From positions 544,001 through 608,000 of the forward strand of contig CAVRUH010000001.1 of the NCBI GenBank assembly GCA_963724325.1: a stretch of 64,000 bases of DNA, read 5' to 3'. Of this stretch, positions 28,423-42,978 are shown one piece after another (the stretch's first letter is position 1; every line of letters begins with the position of its first letter). Source of the stretch: Waddliaceae bacterium (GTDB taxonomy: Bacteria; Chlamydiota; Chlamydiia; Chlamydiales; Waddliaceae). The notes under the pieces are model-generated. The model ran no database searches. It saw only the letters and a program-made list of their open reading frames with translations, and was not told the origin of the DNA. A program made the translations under genes and the position numbers.

Positions 28423-28461
28423 CTTATAATTTTATCTCCTTTCCTTTATAATCCCTCACAA

Positions 28462-29838
28462 ATGACTATCAGAAATAAAAATATTCACGTCGAAGTAAAA
28501 ATCGACGCATTCAACAAATCAGGACACGGCATCGGCTCCTTCCAACGCCATGATAATATAACCTGCTCCGTAGAAGTACCCTTCACTATCCCCGGCGATA
28601 TCGCAAAAGTCCAACTCCTCCCAAAAAGATCTGGTACATACCAAAGCCGCCTCATCGAAATCACTTCCCCCTCCCCAGATCGAATCCCAGCAAAATGCTC
28701 ACACTTCGGAACCTGCGGCGGCTGCCGCTTCCAACAAATTTCCAACGAAAAACAACTCCAACTCAAAATCAACTACATCCAACAATGCTTCCCAAATACC
28801 CCATTTAAAATTCTCCCACCCATCAATCAATGGAACTTCCGCAACAAAATGGAATACACCTTCTCAAACGACGCAGCAAAAAACCAATACCTCGGTCTCA
28901 TCCTCGCCGGCAGCCGCGGAAAAGTCCTCAACCTCACAGAATGCCACCTCACAAACCCTTGGTTTATCGAAACTCTAAAAGCTGCCAGAAATTGGTGGAA
29001 ACAATCCGATCTTAATGCCTACCACCCCTCCTCCAATACAGGTTCCCTAAGAACCCTCACACTCCGCGAAGGCATCAAAACCGGGGAAAGAATGGCCATC
29101 CTCACCGTATCCGGAAATCCCGAATTCGCCCTGAAAAGACACCACCTTGCCGAATTCACTCAAGCTATTAAAGAATCAACAGAAAATGTCAGCATCTTCC
29201 TGCGCATCCACCAAATCATCAAAGGAAAACCAACCCAATTCTTCGATATGCTACTCCATGGCCCCGACCACATCACTGAAAAATTAAACGATATGACTTT
29301 TACCATCAGCCCTTCCGCCTTTTTCCAACCCAATACAATTATGGCAGAACAACTCTACTCCCACGCCATAAATATGGCCGGAAACCTAGCAAATAAAGTC
29401 GTATACGACCTCTACTGCGGCACCGGAACCATAGGCATCTGCATCGCAAAAATAGCAAAAGAAGTCGTCGGCATCGAACTCTCCGCTGATTCAGCCTACG
29501 ACGCCAGAAACAACGCCGCACTCAATAAACTAGACAACATCACTATCTACACAGGCACCGTCGAAGATAAACTCCAAGAAATCCACGAAAAAAATCTCCA
29601 CCCACCCCCACATCTCGTCATCGTCGACCCCCCACGCGTTGGCCTCGACCCCCGCGCCATCCAACATCTCAAAGACCTCAAACCCCCAAAAATCCTCTAC
29701 ATCTCCTGCAACCCAACAACCCAAGCAAAAAATATCGCAGAACTCTTATCATTCGGATACTCAATAATCGATATGCACGCCATAGACCAATTCCCCCACA
29801 CACCCCATATCGAAAATATTGCTCTCTTGAGTATATAA
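28462..29838 (+). CDS. rlmD: 23S rRNA (uracil-5)-methyltransferase, RlmD/TrmA family
   Basis: TRAM domain, C.HFGTCGGC Fe-S motif, AFFQPN, DLYCGTG, VDPPR, YISCNP, DQFPHTPHIE. Confidence 0.92.
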   Translation: MTIRNKNIHVEVKIDAFNKSGHGIGSFQRHDNITCSVEVPFTIPGDIAKVQLLPKRSGTYQSRLIEITSPSPDRIPAKCSHFGTCGGCRFQQISNEKQLQLKINYIQQCFPNTPFKILPPINQWNFRNKMEYTFSNDAAKNQYLGLILAGSRGKVLNLTECHLTNPWFIETLKAARNWWKQSDLNAYHPSSNTGSLRTLTLREGIKTGERMAILTVSGNPEFALKRHHLAEFTQAIKESTENVSIFLRIHQIIKGKPTQFFDMLLHGPDHITEKLNDMTFTISPSAFFQPNTIMAEQLYSHAINMAGNLANKVVYDLYCGTGTIGICIAKIAKEVVGIELSADSAYDARNNAALNKLDNITIYTGTVEDKLQEIHEKNLHPPPHLVIVDPPRVGLDPRAIQHLKDLKPPKILYISCNPTTQAKNIAELLSFGYSIIDMHAIDQFPHTPHIENIALLSI

Positions 29839-29845
29839 TGACTTT

Positions 29846-30232
29846 ATGCGAAAATCGTTCAGAACATCAAACATGGAGACAAACATGAAACAACTTATTA
29901 TTTTAACTCAAATGATATTCCTGCCAGCCCTTATTTTCGCCGAAGAAACTGAAATGCCCCCAACAACCCAAGGAATTTGGCAAACTATCGCCATGATCGC
30001 AATCGCAATGACCTTTTTCTACTTCATCCTCTGGCGCCCCGACCAAAAACGACGCCAAGCCATGGAACAACTAAGAAGTTCCATGAAAAAAGGAGACAAA
30101 GTTACCGCAATCGGAATCATAGGCACAGTCTTCAAAATTGAAGAAAATACCGTCATCCTAACAATGTACGATGGCAACAAAATCGAAGTCATCAAAGGCT
30201 CCATCACAGAAGTCGTCTCAAACCCATCATAA
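29846..30232 (+). CDS. yajC: Preprotein translocase subunit YajC
   Basis: FFYFILWRPDQKRR...MKKGDKVTAIGIIGTV; true start probably at a downstream ATG (29873 or 29885). Confidence 0.92.
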   Translation: MRKSFRTSNMETNMKQLIILTQMIFLPALIFAEETEMPPTTQGIWQTIAMIAIAMTFFYFILWRPDQKRRQAMEQLRSSMKKGDKVTAIGIIGTVFKIEENTVILTMYDGNKIEVIKGSITEVVSNPS

Positions 30233-30600
30233 TATAACGAAAAAGGGGCCCACAAAGCCCCTTAAACAATTTTTTCACACTCTGAAGTCCCTCAAAGTAA
30301 GAATTTTCAATTTTTACTCCGAAAATTCGCTAAAAATCATAAAAATTAACTCGAGAAAACAAGAAAAATATCTTTAGCTACAAAAAAATTAAAAAATTTC
30401 TTTAAGAAAAAAATGCAATATTTTTTTGGGAAGAAAAAAGATCTATGGAAATTTCTGTTAGTTATAAATATTTTATTTTTAACTGTTTGCGAATCAAATC
30501 TCTCCAATTTTATTGTCAGAAAAATCCTACCGATAATACCCTTAGAACATGATTTTCTCTCTAAGAAAAAGAAAAAATGCAACCAAAAGAAAAAAGATGT

Positions 30601-30628
30601 TTGACAAAAATCCGCAAATGCTTAAAGT
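30601..30628 (+). promoter_or_regulatory. Putative sigma66 promoter of the porin gene
   Basis: TTGACA-16 nt-TAAAGT; AAGGAG RBS before the ATG at 30669. Confidence 0.55.
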
Positions 30629-30668
30629 AATCATTTTAGAGTAAATTTCTCAAAAAAGGAGATCGTAT

Positions 30669-31805
30669 ATGAAAATTAAATCATTTATTATAGGCGCTAT
30701 GGCTCTATTGGGCTGTGCGACTGTACAAGCAAATGATTGCATGTCATGCAATCCTTGCAATCCATGCGACCCATGCGACAGCTTCTGTGATGGCTGGTCT
30801 GTATATGGCGACTGGTTATTCTGGAAAGTAAGACGTTCCGGACTAGACTATACTATTGAAGGTGATAACTTCGAAAGCCCAAGACATGAATATGATTCCA
30901 ATACTTATGTCCCATTTGGAAAAATGCATTGCGTAGATCCAGAGTACCAAAGCGGATACAGAATCGGATTCGCAAAAAATTTCTGCGAACTTGATGTTGG
31001 TGTTCGTTACACTCACTTCAAAGCAGATCATACAAACTCAAAGTATAGCGAAGATTATTCATTAGATGGTACTCGTCAACATCCACTTGATGATGAAGCA
31101 TACACAAGCAGTTGGGGTTCATCAAGCATCAATGATTTTGATTATGCAGAATCAGGATACAGCCTAAAATTAGACCAAATCGATGTTGAAGCAGGCAAAG
31201 CCTGGGACACATGCGAAGGTCTCCGTGTAAGACCATTCGTTGGTTTCAGATACGCACGTATCGATCAACATATGAATACCTTCTACGATATCGAAGATGG
31301 TTTGACAGTATCAGAATTTCTTGACATTAAAGCCTACGGATTCTACCTAGGTGCCGGTGTAAGATACACATTCTGCGAATGCTTCGGACTACATGCTTGC
31401 CTATCTGGCGGTCTATACATAGCTAGCACAAGCGGACACCATAATGAAGGTTCAGGCTTCTTTGGTAACGGTTCAAGCTCTAGCTCAGATTCATCCTCTG
31501 GCTCAGGCAGCGGAAGCGGTGATAATGTTGGATCAGTTCCAGAAGCTGATTCAGATATCCACGTAAGCCGTTGCGATAGCGATATCTTAGTAGGTTCTTG
31601 CGATGCAGCATTCGGCGTATCCTATGAACTACACAACTGTTTCTGCGGAAACTGGATGTTCGCAGCTGGATACGAGTTCCACAACTGGTCCGGTATGCCA
31701 GACTTCCTAAACTTTACAGATGACGGTTCCTTCGGTAACCATTCACGTAACCATTCTAACCTCGGTTATGATGGTCTCTATGTAAGAGTTAAAATGGAGT
31801 TCTAA
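30669..31805 (+). CDS. Cysteine-rich MOMP-like outer-membrane beta-barrel (Lpg1974-like porin family)
   Basis: Signal peptide; GDWLFWK, SGYRIG, RPFVGFRYARIDQ, GYEFHNW, LGYDGL motifs; C-terminal Phe. Confidence 0.8.
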   Translation: MKIKSFIIGAMALLGCATVQANDCMSCNPCNPCDPCDSFCDGWSVYGDWLFWKVRRSGLDYTIEGDNFESPRHEYDSNTYVPFGKMHCVDPEYQSGYRIGFAKNFCELDVGVRYTHFKADHTNSKYSEDYSLDGTRQHPLDDEAYTSSWGSSSINDFDYAESGYSLKLDQIDVEAGKAWDTCEGLRVRPFVGFRYARIDQHMNTFYDIEDGLTVSEFLDIKAYGFYLGAGVRYTFCECFGLHACLSGGLYIASTSGHHNEGSGFFGNGSSSSSDSSSGSGSGSGDNVGSVPEADSDIHVSRCDSDILVGSCDAAFGVSYELHNCFCGNWMFAAGYEFHNWSGMPDFLNFTDDGSFGNHSRNHSNLGYDGLYVRVKMEF

Positions 31806-31825
31806 GAGACTCGTTCTCTGATTCC

Positions 31826-31864
31826 AAAAATCCTCGCCCCTCAAAAGGCGGGGATTTTTTTTTA
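31826..31864 (+). terminator. Intrinsic terminator after the porin gene
   Basis: AAAAATCCTCGCC...GGCGGGGATTTTT hairpin with long T tail. Confidence 0.8.
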
Positions 31865-31982
31865 TAACCTTATGATAGCTTTGCGGCCCTCTTGTCTTTG
31901 ATACCAGAAGAAAGCCGCATATTTTCAACTTGAAATATAAATCTATACTCAGCTAGCCTAGAACCAAAGCTCAGAGGCAATC

Positions 31983-33278
31983 ATGCATCTATATTTCGGA
32001 ATAGACCCAATCCTAGTCCTATACTCAATCGTAGCATTTGTCGGCATCTGCTACGCATTAACAGCAATGATCCTCTTCACCAAAGCAAAATTCGTTAAAT
32101 CAGAACTCTGCCACATCGACATCAATCACGATCCAAAATTAGAAAAAACTGTCAACGGAGGATCAACCCTACTTTCAACCCTCTCAGCACAAGGGATTAG
32201 TGTTCCATCACCCTGCGGAGGCAAAGCAACTTGTCTGCAATGTCGCGTCTGCATCACTGAAGGCGCCGATCCCGCTATCGAAATCGAAAAATCAACCTTT
32301 ACAAAAAAAGAAATCAAAGAAGGATGGCGCTTATCCTGCCAGGCAAAAGTAAAACACGACCTTTCAGTTACCATTGACGAATCAGCCTTAGAAATTCGTG
32401 AATTCGAAGCGAAAGTCATTAGCAACGAAAATGTTGCTACATTTATTAAAGAACTCATCGTCGAACTTGACGAACCCATTTCCTATCACGCCGGAGAATA
32501 TCTCCAATTCCACGTACCACCATTCAAAACCAATACCTCTGAATGGAAGACAACCATGAATCCCAAATTTCTTTCCGATTGGGAGAAATTTAATCTGTTT
32601 GAAAGAGAAATCGACTTCAACCACCTTCAAAATGAAGAAGTAATTAGAGCCTATTCAATGGCCTCATACCCACAAGAAGGAAAAATTCTTCGATTCAACA
32701 TCCGCATTGCCACTCCACCCTTTGAAAAAGGAAAACTGTCAGAAACAATCCCCTGGGGAATATGCTCGTCTTACACATTTTCTCTAAAACCAGGAGACAA
32801 AATCAAGCTCTCCGGCCCCCATGGCGAATCATATATGATCAATGATGACAGAGAACTCATCTTCCTCATAGGTGGCGCAGGATCCTCTTTTGGCCGCAGC
32901 CACATTTTACACCTATTCAACACCGAAAACACAAAACGAAAAGTCACCCTCTGGTACGGAGCACGATCGCTCAAAGAAAATATCTATGAAAATGAATATC
33001 GCGAACTAACCCAAAAATTTCCCAATTTCACCTATAATTTAGTCCTATCAGAACCTTTACCCGAAGATATTGAAGCAGGTTGGCCAAAAAATGATCCCAT
33101 AAAAACTGCTTTCCTGTATAAAGCATTTGAACAAGGACAACTAAAAAAAATGAATTATCCAGAAGACTCCCTATTCTTCGTCTGCGGTCCCCCATTACAT
33201 AACAAAGGCGTAATGAAGCTTCTTGACGACTACGGTGTCCCACGAAACAGCATTATACTGGATGATTTTGGTAGTTAA
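31983..33278 (+). CDS. nqrF: Na(+)-translocating NADH-quinone reductase subunit F
   Basis: CGGKATCLQC...RLSCQ 2Fe-2S domain, RAYSMASYP, GGAG, CGPP, terminal LDDFG. Confidence 0.95.
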   Translation: MHLYFGIDPILVLYSIVAFVGICYALTAMILFTKAKFVKSELCHIDINHDPKLEKTVNGGSTLLSTLSAQGISVPSPCGGKATCLQCRVCITEGADPAIEIEKSTFTKKEIKEGWRLSCQAKVKHDLSVTIDESALEIREFEAKVISNENVATFIKELIVELDEPISYHAGEYLQFHVPPFKTNTSEWKTTMNPKFLSDWEKFNLFEREIDFNHLQNEEVIRAYSMASYPQEGKILRFNIRIATPPFEKGKLSETIPWGICSSYTFSLKPGDKIKLSGPHGESYMINDDRELIFLIGGAGSSFGRSHILHLFNTENTKRKVTLWYGARSLKENIYENEYRELTQKFPNFTYNLVLSEPLPEDIEAGWPKNDPIKTAFLYKAFEQGQLKKMNYPEDSLFFVCGPPLHNKGVMKLLDDYGVPRNSIILDDFGS

Positions 33279-34915
33279 TGAAAATAATATTAGCACAAAT
33301 AAATCCAACAGTAGGGGACTTCCAAGGGAATTGCAAAAAAATTATCAATTCCATCCAAAATGCTCGTAAAAAAGAAGCCGACCTAATCCTATTTTCCGAA
33401 CTCGTTATCTCCGGCTACCCCCCAGAAGACTTCCTCCTCATGACCCACTTCGCCAAAGCCGCAGAAAAATACCTCGAATACATCATCGAAGCCTCAAAAG
33501 ACATCACTGTTATTGTAGGTCTCCCTCGCTTTAACCCCGAAAAAAAAGAAAAATTCCTCTTTAACAGCGCCGCCGTCATAGAAAACGGCATTCTACTTGG
33601 ATATCAAGACAAAGCACTCCTCCCAACATACGATGTCTTCGATGAAATGCGCTATTTTGAACCATCCCTCGAAACCAAAATCTGGAAAATTAAAAAGAAA
33701 AAAGTCGCTATCACTATCTGCGAAGACCTTTGGAAACATAGCGGCCTCGTACCATTCACAGATTATAGACACGATCCAGTCATTGAGCTAAAAAAGCACA
33801 ACATTGACCTGCTCTTAAACCTTTCAGCCTCGCCATATTACGTTTCAAAATTCAATGATAGATTAAAAGTAGCTTCAGATGCTGCCAAAACGCTTAAATG
33901 CCCCGTATTACTTTGCAACCAAGTAGGCGGAAACGACAGCCTCATATTTGACGGATATAGCCTATTTGTCGGAGCCAATGGGACACTCATAAACCACGCA
34001 AAAGGATTTCAAGAAGACGATCTACTCGTCGACCTATCAAAAAAAGAAAATCCAATAATTTTCCCAAGAGATCAAATTCGCGATATCCATAACGCCCTAG
34101 TTCTTGGCTTACGTGACTATTTTAGAAAGCAAGGTTTCACCAAAGCCTGTTTCGGATTGTCCGGCGGAGTCGACTCAGCAGTCGTTGCATGCATTGCTGC
34201 CGAAGCCCTAGGAAAAGAAAATATCATGGCCATCATCATGCCCTCAAGATTTAACGCCGAATCAAGCTCAAACGACGCCATAAAACTCATAAAGAACTTA
34301 GGCATTAACCACACTACTATACCCATAGAAACCCCTTTTCAATCCTTCCTGGACCTGCTAGAACCCCACTTTCAAAATAAATCCTGGGATTCCACAGAAG
34401 AAAACCTCCAAGCCAGAATCCGCGGCATGATCCTTATGGCTTTCTCCAACAAAATGGGCCACATCGTTCTAAGCACAGGTAACAAAAGCGAACTCGCCAT
34501 GGGATACTCTACCCTATACGGCGATATGTGCGGAGGTCTCGGAATCATAAGCGATGTCACTAAAAGACAGGTCTACGCCCTCGCAAATTGGTATAATAGA
34601 GAAAAAGAAATAATTCCTCAAAACATCATCCAAAAAGCCCCCTCAGCTGAACTAAGAGCTAACCAAAAAGACTCCGATTCATTACCCGATTACGAAATCA
34701 TCGACAACATTCTTGATGACTACGTAGTCGAACACCACTCACCCGAAGAAATTTCAGAAAAACACAACTATCCCATAGATTTAGTCATGGATCTAGTACA
34801 ACGCATCCACAGAAATGAATACAAAAGACGCCAAAGCGCACCAGGTCTTCGCATCTCATCCAAGTCATTCTCCGTCGGCCGCCGCTTCCCCATCGTCCAA
34901 AAATGGATCTCCTAA
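33278..34915 (+). CDS. nadE: Glutamine-dependent NAD+ synthetase
   Basis: Nitrilase domain (SELVISGYPPED, KALLP, ICEDLW) plus GLSGGVDS, ENLQARIRG, TGNKSE, YGDM, EYKRRQ. Confidence 0.95.
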   Translation: MKIILAQINPTVGDFQGNCKKIINSIQNARKKEADLILFSELVISGYPPEDFLLMTHFAKAAEKYLEYIIEASKDITVIVGLPRFNPEKKEKFLFNSAAVIENGILLGYQDKALLPTYDVFDEMRYFEPSLETKIWKIKKKKVAITICEDLWKHSGLVPFTDYRHDPVIELKKHNIDLLLNLSASPYYVSKFNDRLKVASDAAKTLKCPVLLCNQVGGNDSLIFDGYSLFVGANGTLINHAKGFQEDDLLVDLSKKENPIIFPRDQIRDIHNALVLGLRDYFRKQGFTKACFGLSGGVDSAVVACIAAEALGKENIMAIIMPSRFNAESSSNDAIKLIKNLGINHTTIPIETPFQSFLDLLEPHFQNKSWDSTEENLQARIRGMILMAFSNKMGHIVLSTGNKSELAMGYSTLYGDMCGGLGIISDVTKRQVYALANWYNREKEIIPQNIIQKAPSAELRANQKDSDSLPDYEIIDNILDDYVVEHHSPEEISEKHNYPIDLVMDLVQRIHRNEYKRRQSAPGLRISSKSFSVGRRFPIVQKWIS

Positions 34916-34936
34916 AAACCTAAACATTATCAACCT

Positions 34937-35167
34937 GCCAACATCATGCTTATCCCATACGCATCAACCCCTTGTTAACCTCCCTGCAAAAGGAAAACAG
35001 GATATGAAGGATTATAGGAAGATGATGTCAATTACTTTTTATTTTAAAGCAGGGTAAGAAGTTACAATATCATACATATCCTGCCGCTTGCGATCCTTCA
35101 TATCCTGTTTTCCTTTTGCAGGGAGGTTAACAAGGGGTTGATGCACATAGGATAAGCATGATATGGC
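34937..35167. repeat. Long inverted repeat (MITE-like), perfect 52-bp core arms
   Basis: 34961-35012 is the exact reverse complement of 35093-35144, with imperfect extension to about 75 bp. Confidence 0.85.
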
Positions 35168-35187
35168 GAAAATAGTATTATTTATGT

Positions 35188-36132
35188 TTATTTTTCGGAT
35201 AATGGAAGGATCTCAGCAATATCATCAACACCGTGACGCAACATCATCAACCTGTCAAAACCCACCGCCACACCACAACAGTCGTCAAGACCCTTTTCTA
35301 AAGCAGCCAAGAAAAGCTCATCAATCGGTAAAGGATCTTTTCCCAACTTCTCGCGGTGCTTATTAGCACCAATCAATCGCTTTCGCTGCTCCGTAGCATT
35401 CGTTAACTCATGATATCCATTAGCTAACTCATACCCCTTATAGAAAACCTCGAACCGCTCCGCAACCTTAGCCCCATCCTTTACACAAGTCTTTGATAAC
35501 ATCGACTGCGACGCAGGAAAATAATTCATCACAAAAATTTCGTTCAAACCCAAATTAGGCTCTATCACAACACCCAAAATTAAGTTCAAATACGCATCTC
35601 GACCCTCTTCCATAATATTCTGATAAGGGTCCACCCCCTTATCTCTAAGAAACTGCAAAAGCTTTTTCTCCGTATCTTTGCGATAATCTATTCCAGCATA
35701 TTTCTTAAAAACTTCCTCATAAGACATCTCAACAACAGGAAGTTTCCCAAGAAAAAGTCGAATATAATTCACAGTCTCCTCAATCATCTGAGAAAAAGTA
35801 AACCCAAACCGATACCACTCAGCCATCGTAAACTCAGTGCTGTGCCGCATACTATACTCATTGTCTCGAAAAACATGCCCCAACTGATAAATATCACCCA
35901 TCCCATCCACCAAAAGACGCTTCATAGCATATTCTGGAGAAGAATGCAAATAATGAGTCTCAGGAGGAGTCCCCGCATAAGCTCTCACCAAATCAATATG
36001 AATATCAACCGAAGCAAATCGACTCATCATAGGACAATCCACTTCACAAACACCCCTTTCAGAAAAAAACTCACGCGAAGTTCTTAACATATCAGCACGA
36101 TCGCGAAGTAATTTCACCTTATGCGGCGCCAT
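35188..36132 (-). CDS. epmA: EF-P lysine beta-lysyltransferase EpmA (GenX/PoxA)
   Basis: YLHSSPEYAMKRLL, FRDNE...H.TEFTMAEWY, ERFE...ELANGYHEL, GVAVGFDRL; adjacent to efp; ATG at 36132. Confidence 0.92.
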   Translation of the reverse strand: MAPHKVKLLRDRADMLRTSREFFSERGVCEVDCPMMSRFASVDIHIDLVRAYAGTPPETHYLHSSPEYAMKRLLVDGMGDIYQLGHVFRDNEYSMRHSTEFTMAEWYRFGFTFSQMIEETVNYIRLFLGKLPVVEMSYEEVFKKYAGIDYRKDTEKKLLQFLRDKGVDPYQNIMEEGRDAYLNLILGVVIEPNLGLNEIFVMNYFPASQSMLSKTCVKDGAKVAERFEVFYKGYELANGYHELTNATEQRKRLIGANKHREKLGKDPLPIDELFLAALEKGLDDCCGVAVGFDRLMMLRHGVDDIAEILPLSEK

Positions 36133-36142
36133 TCCAACATAA

Positions 36143-36715
36143 TTACGCGGAAATACGAGAGACATATTCACCTGTTCGAGTGTCCACTTTAATCGTTTCA
36201 CCTTCTTTAACAAAAATTGGGACCTGAATCGTTACCCCGCTTTCTAATTCGGCAGGCTTCAAAACACGCCCTGAAACAGTATTTCCTCTATCCCCCTGAT
36301 CAGTCTTTACAATCTTAAGCTCCATAAACGTAGGCGGCTGCACAGAAATAATCTCGCCATTATATAACAAAATCGAATAAAGACGATCCTCAACCAACCA
36401 CTGATTTACATCCGCAACCCGCTCAAATGGAATCTTAACCTGCTCAAAGGACTTCTCATCCATCATTACAACCCCATCCTGCTCACGGTACAACACTCTC
36501 ATCTCAGTTTCAAGAATGTCTGCTAAATCAGCCTTGTCGCCCGATTTAAATGTTTTGTCCATCACACGTCCAGTTGTCAAATGCTTCAATCTAACACGAT
36601 TAAATGACTGCCCCTTCCCGGGCTTAACAAATTCATTACTAATTACGGAGTAAGGTTGCCCCTCAATCTCCAACTTCATTCCAGCCTTAAATTCATTCGT
36701 ACTAACTTGTGCCAT
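36143..36715 (-). CDS. efp: Elongation factor P
   Basis: KPGKGQ motif, KPAELESG...VPIFV...DTRTGEYVSR. Confidence 0.96.
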   Translation of the reverse strand: MAQVSTNEFKAGMKLEIEGQPYSVISNEFVKPGKGQSFNRVRLKHLTTGRVMDKTFKSGDKADLADILETEMRVLYREQDGVVMMDEKSFEQVKIPFERVADVNQWLVEDRLYSILLYNGEIISVQPPTFMELKIVKTDQGDRGNTVSGRVLKPAELESGVTIQVPIFVKEGETIKVDTRTGEYVSRISA

Positions 36716-36778
36716 ATTCTCCTCACTAGATTAATGTTGCTCTGAAGTATAACAAAAAAAAAGACATATACACAATCC

Positions 36779-37576
36779 CTAAATCACTGAAATGATAACC
36801 GCCCAACTTAAATTCCATATAAGATACATTAACCAATTCCTGCCAACATTTGGACCACCCTCGCTTAAGTTTTGCAACCTCTCTAAATTAAAATTAAAGC
36901 CCCCCTTCACTTTCTGCTCTTCAAAAATATGACTTTCTAAAGAAATTTCCTCATTAGCCCATTCAACCACCAAATAACGACCCCACGCTTCCTCCAACTG
37001 TCTTCTCTGTTCTAATATTCCACCGGTTAAAGCACCACTGCCATAACGCTCTATCAAACTCGATTCTGAAGGAAACAATAACTCATCCCTATTACGTCCA
37101 ACTCCATCAGATCCTCTATCCAAATACCCCAAAAAAACAACAATAGGTATCAACCACACCACCCGCCTAGATCCCTCAACCCTCAATAATAAACATATAG
37201 GAATCACAACCGATAACAAAACCCACGCCCTCGTAAATACCGGCAACCCCACCAGTAATATCTCCATCGAACGAATAAATCGATCAGCAAAGGAAACCTC
37301 TAACCTCTTCTGCAATTCCATATATTTTCCTTCTAATAAAAACCTCTCCTCTAAAGGCAGGAATTCATAACGCTCATCATCCATCACAGTCTCATATCTC
37401 AACTTTCCCGCCTTCACATCATATACCTCACCCAAAAAAGGATGCCCACCAACCCAAATCACATACGAAAATACAATGCATAACTGAATTATTGCCAACA
37501 CCCGTTGTCCAGTGGGTAAAAACGTTCCTTCGCAAATCGCCTTTTTCATACTCAAAACCTCCCAAAAATTGATCAA
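36779..37576 (-). CDS. Hypothetical membrane protein
   Basis: 265-aa ORF with several hydrophobic segments; codon bias matches neighbouring minus-strand genes. Confidence 0.65.
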   Translation of the reverse strand: MINFWEVLSMKKAICEGTFLPTGQRVLAIIQLCIVFSYVIWVGGHPFLGEVYDVKAGKLRYETVMDDERYEFLPLEERFLLEGKYMELQKRLEVSFADRFIRSMEILLVGLPVFTRAWVLLSVVIPICLLLRVEGSRRVVWLIPIVVFLGYLDRGSDGVGRNRDELLFPSESSLIERYGSGALTGGILEQRRQLEEAWGRYLVVEWANEEISLESHIFEEQKVKGGFNFNLERLQNLSEGGPNVGRNWLMYLIWNLSWAVIISVI

Positions 37577-37764
37577 AAAAATGAGAATAAACGATCCGAA
37601 AATTGAAGAAACGAAAAATTTTCGAAAAAATTTCGATTTTTTTTTCAGAAAGTTTTTTCTACAAAAAATATATTCTCAATATATTCAGAACATGTATTTA
37701 CAAATTGCAAAATGGTTAAAAAATGACAATAAATTATTTTTTTTGGAAAAAATGTAAAAAGGGG

Positions 37765-37794
37765 TTGCGAAAATAATCTCATGTGGGACATAAT
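37765..37794 (+). promoter_or_regulatory. rRNA operon 1 promoter
   Basis: TTGCGA-18 nt-CATAAT; both hexamers are conserved in operon 2 (44149-44178) while the spacer sequence differs. Confidence 0.55.
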
Positions 37795-37985
37795 CTGGCC
37801 ATCTTTTTAGTAAATCTGATGATAAAGTAGAAAGATGAAGACAGTGCCAAAGAGCACTGAAGTTGTTTTGACAGTGATAGAAAGGTAATGTGCAAACCAT
37901 GAAGAGCTTGTGTGTGAGACTCAATTTATTGAGTACACATATTCTCTATCAAATTTTATTATATCAAGTTTTCATAGAGTTTTTT

Positions 37986-39541
<1,556 letters not shown>

Positions 39542-39774
39542 AAGGACAATAGGCACAGTTTCATTACAGTGTCCTATGGTTGAGGCAAGCCTTTATGATG
39601 CACATTACCCTCCTTTCACTGTCAAAATAATACATATCTCGAAAGTCAATAGAAATAATACTCCTCAGGCTCCGTTTGCTACTCAAACAGAACCCGAGGA
39701 GTAAACAAGTAACACTGATAATAATCGACGCTTGAGGAATATTCCTCAGCATCACACACATCAAATGTTTTTTA

Positions 39775-42722
<2,948 letters not shown>

Positions 42723-42806
42723 TATTTTTTTGATGTTTGGGAGAGCTGATAAAGCCTCAAGCGTCGTTTACTATCAATGTCACATTTCTATTGACAATCG
42801 AGCTTT

Positions 42807-42922
42807 GCTTGGTGGCTATGGAGAAGGGGGTACACCTGAACCCTTTCCGAACTCAGAAGTTAAGCCCTTCATCGCCAATGGTACTATACACAAGAGTATG
42901 GGAGAGTAGGACGCCGCCAAGC
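42807..42922 (+). rRNA. rrf: 5S rRNA (operon 1)
   Basis: GCTTGGTGGC...CCGAACTCAGAAGTTAAG...GGGAGAGTAGGACGCCGCCAAGC. Confidence 0.95.
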
Positions 42923-42932
42923 TTTTTTTTCC

Positions 42933-42969
42933 GGACGAGACGAACAATGTTCATCTCGTCCTTTTTTTT
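42933..42969 (+). terminator. rRNA operon 1 terminator
   Basis: GGACGAGACGAAC-AAT-GTTCATCTCGTCC plus T8; identical at 49321-49357. Confidence 0.85.
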
Positions 42970-42978
42970 GCCCAAAAA

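Noticed and set aside
31983..33278. Isolated nqrF as an anomaly
   Set aside because: nqrF is normally separate from the other nqr genes in Chlamydiae
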